A stretch of DNA of 59,010 bases from an uncultured Mycoplasma sp. (GTDB taxonomy: Bacteria; Bacillota_I; Bacilli_A; RF39; UBA660), in NCBI GenBank assembly GCA_964470055.1, contig CAYXZZ010000002.1, forward strand, positions 1 through 59,010, given 5' to 3'. A program made the translations under genes and the position numbers. The notes under the pieces were generated by a model. That model was not told the origin of the DNA. It made no database searches and was given only the letters and a program-made list of their open reading frames with translations. This document shows positions 53,458 through 59,010 of this stretch, one piece after another. Positions within the stretch are counted from its first letter, which is position 1; each line of letters begins with the position of its first letter.

Positions 53458-54162
53458 ATGGCCATCCTAACCGCATCATTTAAAGATTTTATAATAATTT
53501 CATGTTTAATTACCATTCACGAACTCGGTCATTTCTCAATGGCCAAACTATTAAATGTTGAAGTTGACAAAATATATCTCTATCCCTTAGGAGGAATTTC
53601 TAAATTCTTTCTCCCTATAAACGCAACCTTCATAAAAGAGTTTTTAATTTTAATAACCGGCCCAATTTTCCAATGCTTTGCCCAAGGCATACTATTATTA
53701 CTTTTTCCAGAGAGTGAAAGATTAATTATAATGTATCATTATGGAATACTAATTTTTAATCTACTGCCTATATATCCACTAGATGGTGGCAAACTTGTCC
53801 AACTATTACTAGCAACATTATTTCCATACAAGAAAAGTTTAGAACTATCAATAATTATTAGTTATGTAATGATTGTTATTTATTTCTTAGTTAATCTTAA
53901 AACCATCAAAATAAATAGTCTAATAATAACATTATTTCTAGTACACAAAGTATCAAAAGAACAAAAAAAGATTAAACTCCTTCATGAAAGATTTATCTTA
54001 GAAAGATATCTTCATAATTATTCTTTCAAAAAGAGTAGAATAGTACCAAATACAAACTATTTTTATAAAAATACACACCACTTAATAAAAGAACAAGAAC
54101 ATTATTACCTTGAAAAAGAATATCTTGAAAAAAAATATAAAAAATTTCCAAAAAATTGTTGA
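53458..54162 (+). CDS. spoIVFB: M50 site-2 metalloprotease (SpoIVFB-like)
   Basis: HELGH in TM helix, NLLPIYPLDGG motif; the true start is probably upstream at a non-AUG codon. Confidence 0.65.
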   Translation: MAILTASFKDFIIISCLITIHELGHFSMAKLLNVEVDKIYLYPLGGISKFFLPINATFIKEFLILITGPIFQCFAQGILLLLFPESERLIIMYHYGILIFNLLPIYPLDGGKLVQLLLATLFPYKKSLELSIIISYVMIVIYFLVNLKTIKINSLIITLFLVHKVSKEQKKIKLLHERFILERYLHNYSFKKSRIVPNTNYFYKNTHHLIKEQEHYYLEKEYLEKKYKKFPKNC

Positions 54163-54221
54163 CAACAAAAAATCACTATGCTAAAATCTAATTACTGACT
54201 GCGATTAAAGCCGTTAGTTAT

Positions 54222-54297
54222 GGGGCATTAGCTCAGCTGGGAGAGCGCCACGTTTGCACCGTGGAGGTCAGCGGTTCGATCCCGCTATGCTCCACCA
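54222..54297 (+). tRNA. tRNA-Ala (anticodon UGC)
   Basis: Acceptor GGGGCAT/ATGCTCC with G3:U70, anticodon stem-loop CCACG-TTTGCAC-CGTGG, T-loop GGTTCGATCCC, CCA 54295-54297. Confidence 0.92.
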
Positions 54298-54440
54298 TAT
54301 TGAATTATACGTTGAGAAATCAACGTTTTTATTTTGTTTACCTAATAATTACCTAATATTTTTCTTTCTTTTTTTATTTTTTGATACTTTTTAAAGATTG
54401 TCTAATAAATAGATAATCTTTATTTTTATATTCAGCGTCT
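54298..54440 (+). mobile_element. Relic of a related prophage attL arm
   Basis: Carries a terminator, two arm-type sites and a decayed integrase 3' end. Collinear with 276-410: CGTTGAGAAATCAACG hairpin, TTTACCTAATAATTACCTAATA (54337-54358), then AAAGATTGTCTAATAAATAGATAATCT versus TTAGATTGTCTAGAATATCGACAATCT (int C-terminus). Confidence 0.6.
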
Positions 54441-54579
54441 ATCTACCAATTATTTATATATAAAAAATATTTCCTCAACTGTAAATTTTACATAAAAATC
54501 TCCTAAAACATCTTATATAAAAAATCATTCATGATATACTAAAATTATATTATGATAGTAACATAGGAGTGATAATACT

Positions 54580-55446
54580 ATGGTTGATTTAATTTTATTT
54601 ATACTTGCAGTTCTACCTATTGTAGCAATCTGTACATACATATATATGAAAGATAAAAATAAAGAACCGCTTGCATTATTAATAAAATTATTTTTATTAG
54701 GCATTGGCTCTTGCTTTGTAGTATTAATCATGTCAAAAATTTTATTTAAATTCTTCCCATTTATGGAAAAATCCACTGCTAATATGACATTCTTTGAAGT
54801 AATGACGTATTCCTTTATTGGAGTAGCCCTAATAGAAGAATTCTGTAAATGGATGATGACTTATTATGGAGCCTATAAAACCAAAGCCTATGATGAAGTA
54901 TATGATGGAATAGTTTATGCCGTATATGTGTCATTAGGTTTTGCCTTTCTTGAAAACTTACTATATGTTTTTGGTAATGGAAGCATAATCGTTGGAATTT
55001 CAAGAGGAATACTCGCAGTACCAGGCCATGCTTGTGATGCTGTCTTTATGGGATACTATTTAAGTCTAGCCAAAGTATATGCGCAACAGAACAACAAGAA
55101 ACAAGAAAAGAAAAATCTTATATTAAGTATTATTGTTCCGACTATTCTTCACGGAATATATGACTTTTGCTTATTCTCATCCATTGATCTACTTTTAATT
55201 GTTTTCTTAATTTTTGTAATTACAATATACATAGTTGCTTTTAAAAAAATCAAACAATTATCAGCCCTATACAAAAAGACCCAACCTCAATACCAACAAG
55301 TAGTAACCCAACAAGCATACCAAACACAGCAACTTCCTCCACAAAATCCATCTGAAGTACCACAACCACAAAATAAATTTTGTCCATATTGTGGAACTCC
55401 AGTATCCGGAAATTTCTGCACAAAATGTGGAGCCAGACAGTTATAA
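54580..55446 (+). CDS. PrsW-family intramembrane protease with C-terminal zinc ribbon
   Basis: EEFCKW and HGIYDF motifs in TM helices; Q/P-rich linker; FCPYCGTPVSGNFCTKCG. Confidence 0.8.
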   Translation: MVDLILFILAVLPIVAICTYIYMKDKNKEPLALLIKLFLLGIGSCFVVLIMSKILFKFFPFMEKSTANMTFFEVMTYSFIGVALIEEFCKWMMTYYGAYKTKAYDEVYDGIVYAVYVSLGFAFLENLLYVFGNGSIIVGISRGILAVPGHACDAVFMGYYLSLAKVYAQQNNKKQEKKNLILSIIVPTILHGIYDFCLFSSIDLLLIVFLIFVITIYIVAFKKIKQLSALYKKTQPQYQQVVTQQAYQTQQLPPQNPSEVPQPQNKFCPYCGTPVSGNFCTKCGARQL

Positions 55447-55458
55447 TAACTGTCTTTT

Positions 55459-56589
55459 TTAATGCCTGTATCGACTTTTCTTTTCCAATGAAATATTTAT
55501 TACAATACCAATAATAATCATATAAGAAATCAAACTAGAGCCACCATAAGAAATGAAGGGTAGAGTAATACCAGTAATAGGAAACAACCCAACTGTCATC
55601 CCAATATTTTGAATTTGTTGGAAAAGAAGCATTCCTAAAATACCAGCCAGCACAAATTTATTAAACAAGTTAGTCTGTTTTTTAATTAAAAAGACAATAT
55701 AAATATCAAATGCCACCAATAAAATTAATAAAAGTCCTACACCGATAAAACCAAAGTTAGATGCAAACACTGCAAAAATAAAGTCCGTAGACGATTCCGG
55801 AAAATAAATTGGCGTATTTCTCAAACCATGCCCCATCAATCCCGCCGAACCAATCGCTGCAATCGCATTCTCTAACTGTAACCCAATCCCATCTTTCCAC
55901 ATAAAAAGTCTCTCTATTCTATAATACATAGATGTTCCAAAAAGACTAACAAATAACTCTTCATCACCAAAATAAATACCACCACAAATACCTAATATAA
56001 AAACAAGAATACCTAGGGCAATGATAAACCACCTCATCCTAATACCAGAAACAAAAATCATAAATATATAAATAACAAGGTAAATGATAACCGCTCCAGT
56101 ATCCGGTTGTAAAAAGGTAAGCATTGCCGGTAAGAAAACCACAAATAAACTTTTAATTATAAAGCAAAATTCTTCATACATTGTAGGATTTTCTTTTTCT
56201 TTTCTATAATCAGCAATCAGTTTTCCCAGTGCCAGCATAATAAAAAGTTTCATAAATTCACTCGGCTGCACACTACCAACACCAGGAATCACAAACCAAC
56301 ACTTACTATTATTAATTGGTGTTCCAAAAATCAGTAGTAACACCAACAAAAAAATTCCTCCGCCGTAAAATAACCAAACATTATGATACAAAAAATCATT
56401 TTTCATCTTTATCATCACTCCAACAACACAAAAACCAATAATGTACCATACACATTGCTTCAAAGCCAAATTCCCAAGTTCCCTAGACGTATAAAGCGAA
56501 GCACTATAAATAGATACAATACTAACTATTGCGAATAAAAAGACGAAAGCCATAATACTTTTATTAATCTTAATTCTCATTAAAATCAC
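55459..56589 (-). CDS. SEDS-family peptidoglycan polymerase (FtsW/RodA/SpoVE)
   Basis: 10-TM pattern, QPSEFMKL, PFISYGGSS. Confidence 0.88.
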   Translation of the reverse strand: MILMRIKINKSIMAFVFLFAIVSIVSIYSASLYTSRELGNLALKQCVWYIIGFCVVGVMIKMKNDFLYHNVWLFYGGGIFLLVLLLIFGTPINNSKCWFVIPGVGSVQPSEFMKLFIMLALGKLIADYRKEKENPTMYEEFCFIIKSLFVVFLPAMLTFLQPDTGAVIIYLVIYIFMIFVSGIRMRWFIIALGILVFILGICGGIYFGDEELFVSLFGTSMYYRIERLFMWKDGIGLQLENAIAAIGSAGLMGHGLRNTPIYFPESSTDFIFAVFASNFGFIGVGLLLILLVAFDIYIVFLIKKQTNLFNKFVLAGILGMLLFQQIQNIGMTVGLFPITGITLPFISYGGSSLISYMIIIGIVINISLEKKSRYRH

Positions 56590-56654
56590 CTTTATAGTTA
56601 TTATGTGAAATTTTTAAAATAATTATTGCATAAAATATATAAAGGAGAAAAAAT

Positions 56655-56960
56655 ATGAAAAAACTTCCGAAAATATATCAAACAGAATTTAATAAGCAAA
56701 TAAATAACAATAGAAATTCCTGTTACGTTGAAAAAGAACCATTACGTCTAAAAGAAGACTACATTCAAGATAAAAATGAAGTATTAGATGAAATTTTTTC
56801 TGGAATAGGATACTCTTATAATATTCCAATAATCATTAGAACTAAAAATAAAACATATGATACAAGCCTTATCGCCAGAACAAAATATAATGTAGTAACA
56901 CTAGATAACGATGTCATTTCTTTAAACGAAATAATTTCAATCAAAAAGAAAAAGAACTAA
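56655..56960 (+). CDS. Hypothetical protein
   Basis: 101 aa, AAGGAGAAAA RBS. Confidence 0.5.
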   Translation: MKKLPKIYQTEFNKQINNNRNSCYVEKEPLRLKEDYIQDKNEVLDEIFSGIGYSYNIPIIIRTKNKTYDTSLIARTKYNVVTLDNDVISLNEIISIKKKKN

Positions 56961-56974
56961 TGTTCTTTTTTTCA

Positions 56975-57373
56975 TTAGCATAAATCTAATGATGTATCAG
57001 CTAAACACTTAATTGCTCCTACACATTTTAAATCTAATGTGAAAAATTCATCTGTTGCGGCCAATTGTCCATCTTCGTTATAATAAAGAATTCTACAAGT
57101 ACAACAGCAATCATCCAAAGCCTCTACTCTGAAAACAGAAGATTCACCTGTAACTTCATTAACTGTATATGGGAAACTCCAATTATTTCCTGAGCAACAG
57201 TTATACAACATAATAGGTCTAGTATTATAGCAAATAGTATTGCAAACTGGCCCTAAAAAAGGTTTATCACATCCAGCAAAAACTCCATTATCAAAATCTT
57301 GTTTTTGTAGTAAAAGGATTTTCTTTAATATTTCAAAAATACAGCCGCACTCATTCCTTTCTTCGTTACACAT
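56975..57373 (-). CDS. CotY/CotZ-family cysteine-rich spore coat / exosporium protein
   Basis: C.C..EIL..I...Q....C....FLGP.....YNTRP..LY.....F....S..FRVE.LDDCC..CRIL....CV.AIKCL pattern. Confidence 0.75.
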   Translation of the reverse strand: MCNEERNECGCIFEILKKILLLQKQDFDNGVFAGCDKPFLGPVCNTICYNTRPIMLYNCCSGNNWSFPYTVNEVTGESSVFRVEALDDCCCTCRILYYNEDGQLAATDEFFTLDLKCVGAIKCLADTSLDLC

Positions 57374-57388
57374 AATATGACCTCCTTT

Positions 57389-57769
57389 CTATAAATTTTT
57401 AACATTAACATCTTTAATGCATTTTACAGCACATATACAACTGATTCGTACAGTAATGTATTGCTTAGTAGAGATAAAACGATCACCAACTTCATCAAGT
57501 ATTAGTAGAGTACAGCAATCACCATTAAGAGAATGAATTCTAAATTTAGAACTTTCCTTTAATGCACCACCATCCAAAAAACTTGTTGAAAGTAGGTTTC
57601 CAAATTTATTGTACAAAGTAATAACTCTAGTATTATAGCAATCACGATTAGGCATAGGACCTAAAAATGCTTTTGTACAACTAGGTTCACAGCTGGAAAT
57701 ATTAGTCGAGTTATCTTGCAACACATAAATCAGTTTTAATAAATTTCTTATACAACTATTAAAATTCAA
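57389..57769 (-). CDS. CotY/CotZ-family spore coat protein (paralogue)
   Basis: Same Cys pattern: FLGP..NRDCYNTRVITLY...SSKFRIHSLNGDCCTLLIL...CICAVKCI. Confidence 0.75.
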   Translation of the reverse strand: MNFNSCIRNLLKLIYVLQDNSTNISSCEPSCTKAFLGPMPNRDCYNTRVITLYNKFGNLLSTSFLDGGALKESSKFRIHSLNGDCCTLLILDEVGDRFISTKQYITVRISCICAVKCIKDVNVKNL

Positions 57770-58002
57770 ACTACCACCTCATTATCTCTCCTAATATAAA
57801 ATATTCAAAAACAAATAAATTGTGTTACTAATCTATTTAAGATTATGCTAAAAAACAATAATTATTCAAAATGTATAAAAATGTAAAAAAACATTTAAAA
57901 TACTTGCGCTATTAAAAAAAAGAATATACAATGAATACATAAGGATATGGGTTCGGTAATGCGAATAACGATATTCTTAAGATACTATAGGAGGTGAAAA
58001 AA

Positions 58003-58299
58003 ATGGCAGAAGGTACAATTCATGTTGATGAGGCTGCACTAAACGATTTAAGAACAGCTTTAGAAACTGCTGGAGAGGAATACAAAAGAGAATTAGCAAG
58101 ATTAACAAATTTAATCGGAGAAATTACTAGTGGTGATATCCAAGGAGATCCAGCAAACGATTTATTAGCAAAATTCAATGCTAAACAAGATACATTCAAC
58201 AAATTAACTACTACAATTGAAGAAGCACAAGAATATATGGGAATTCAAGGTCAAAAATTCGGTAGCATGATAGGAAACTTATCATCAGGAATGAAGTAG
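58003..58299 (+). CDS. WXG100-like small helical-hairpin protein
   Basis: 98 aa from ATG 58003 (TAGGAGG RBS); two helices joined by GDIQGDPA where WXG normally sits. Confidence 0.45.
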   Translation: MAEGTIHVDEAALNDLRTALETAGEEYKRELARLTNLIGEITSGDIQGDPANDLLAKFNAKQDTFNKLTTTIEEAQEYMGIQGQKFGSMIGNLSSGMK

Positions 58300-58336
58300 G
58301 ATTTTCACAAAATATTAAGAAAGGTGGGTATTATTA

Positions 58337-58615
58337 ATGAACGTAACATTAAAACCAGGTGCAGCAACAGATGATGCAGCTCAAATCGATTCAATCGTTA
58401 AAAATATCAAAGAACATTTAAGCACATTAGATTCTGCAATTAAAGATAATATTCCAAGTGGTGTTCAAACTACATGGTCTGATGAAGTTAGAAACAACTG
58501 GGAAACTTATTACTCAGCAGATATTCCAGCAGCTATGGCAGAAATGGAATTAAGTGCCAAGAACTTAAGAATGGCTGTTGAAGAAGTACTTAAATATAGT
58601 AACGAACAACTATAA
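58337..58615 (+). CDS. WXG100-like small helical protein
   Basis: 92 aa, two-helix pattern with a central TTWSDEV turn. Confidence 0.4.
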   Translation: MNVTLKPGAATDDAAQIDSIVKNIKEHLSTLDSAIKDNIPSGVQTTWSDEVRNNWETYYSADIPAAMAEMELSAKNLRMAVEEVLKYSNEQL

Positions 58616-58719
58616 AAAAAGAATACATTGCTCTATGCAATGTATAGTAAGTAGAGAAGAATGTTTTTCTCTATTTACTATGCATTAACATTAAGATAAA
58701 AGGGAAAAAGGTGAGATTT

Positions 58720-59010
58720 ATGGCTAAATACAACATTACAAGTGAAAGTCAATTAATTGATATTGCAACAATCACTAACGGATGTACTAAAATCGAAGTT
58801 GCAGCACAAAAGTTTGCAGAAGCGGCTCAATTTATGTACAGTGGTAGTGATATTTGTAACGAAAATGCTTTATCAGTTGATAAAACTACTATGCAACCAC
58901 AATTGGATGCCGATGCAGAATATATTAAAAGTATGCAAACAGCAATCAACGACTTCACATTACAAATTAAAAACGTTGCTCTTCAAATATACGCTGAACA
59001 AAAGGCCGAA
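58720..59010 (+). CDS. Helical protein, 3' end outside the window
   Basis: ATG 58720 after AAAGGTGAG; open to the window edge; not in the ORF track because there is no stop. Confidence 0.4.
   Translation, partial: MAKYNITSESQLIDIATITNGCTKIEVAAQKFAEAAQFMYSGSDICNENALSVDKTTMQPQLDADAEYIKSMQTAINDFTLQIKNVALQIYAEQKAE

Noticed and set aside
1-59010. CRISPR arrays, IS elements/transposases, reverse transcriptases (DGR or retron)
   Set aside because: No regularly spaced direct repeats, no transposase-like or RT-like ORF (no YxDD motif seen), and no template/variable repeat pair for the fibre genes.

Overview
AT-rich window from a spore-forming low-GC Firmicute. Host markers are CotY/CotZ-type coat genes, a SpoIVFA/SpoIVFB-like pair, radC-mreC-mreD and a T-box-controlled valS.

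Layout:
(1) 1-271: tRNA cluster (Phe-GAA cut by the window edge, Arg-ACG, Pro-UGG).
(2) 255-36058: a ~35.8-kb temperate prophage in the 3' end of tRNA-Pro, bounded by a 21-bp direct repeat TCCTGTCTTCCCGACCATTTG. Its modules, in order:
- integrase
- immunity (cI-like and Cro-like HTH proteins, three 16-bp operator-like boxes)
- replication (DnaD-domain protein, DnaB-type helicase, a phage SpoVG homologue, a second Xer-like tyrosine recombinase)
- about 20 very small early ORFs
- a sigma-region-4-like late regulator
- terminase, portal, scaffold and an N4-gp56-type capsid protein
- a structural block with no recognisable tail tube, sheath or chaperone genes, containing a 2050-aa HExxH giant protein
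- fibres
- XhlA, holin and an M23 endolysin
- an accessory end
(3) 36059-59010: host genes. These are a solitary MvaI/BcnI-MutH-like nuclease, a DD-carboxypeptidase, a metallophosphoesterase, an FAD oxidoreductase, cyclophilin, dCMP deaminase, a DUF4176/helical/glucosaminidase trio, valS, a large zinc-ribbon membrane protein, radC-mreCD, the SpoIVFA/B-like pair, tRNA-Ala, a PrsW-like protease, a SEDS protein, two CotY/Z paralogues and a WXG100-like gene cluster running off the right edge.

Most interesting: the prophage accessory end (34.58-35.43 kb) reads as a type III (RNA-protein) toxin-antitoxin / abortive-infection cassette. A strong promoter is followed by a non-coding stretch of related, covarying ~45-nt hairpins, a terminator, then a ToxN/AbiQ-like 133-aa protein (LPLTSPKEKH core). 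An extra hairpin unit sits in the 3' UTR.

Other notable points: a decayed copy of the same phage family's attL arm next to tRNA-Ala, a 10-12-bp motif shared by the int, xis and toxin regions, and a conserved 16-nt junction repeated between early genes. All functional calls come from motif recognition by eye; no database search was run.
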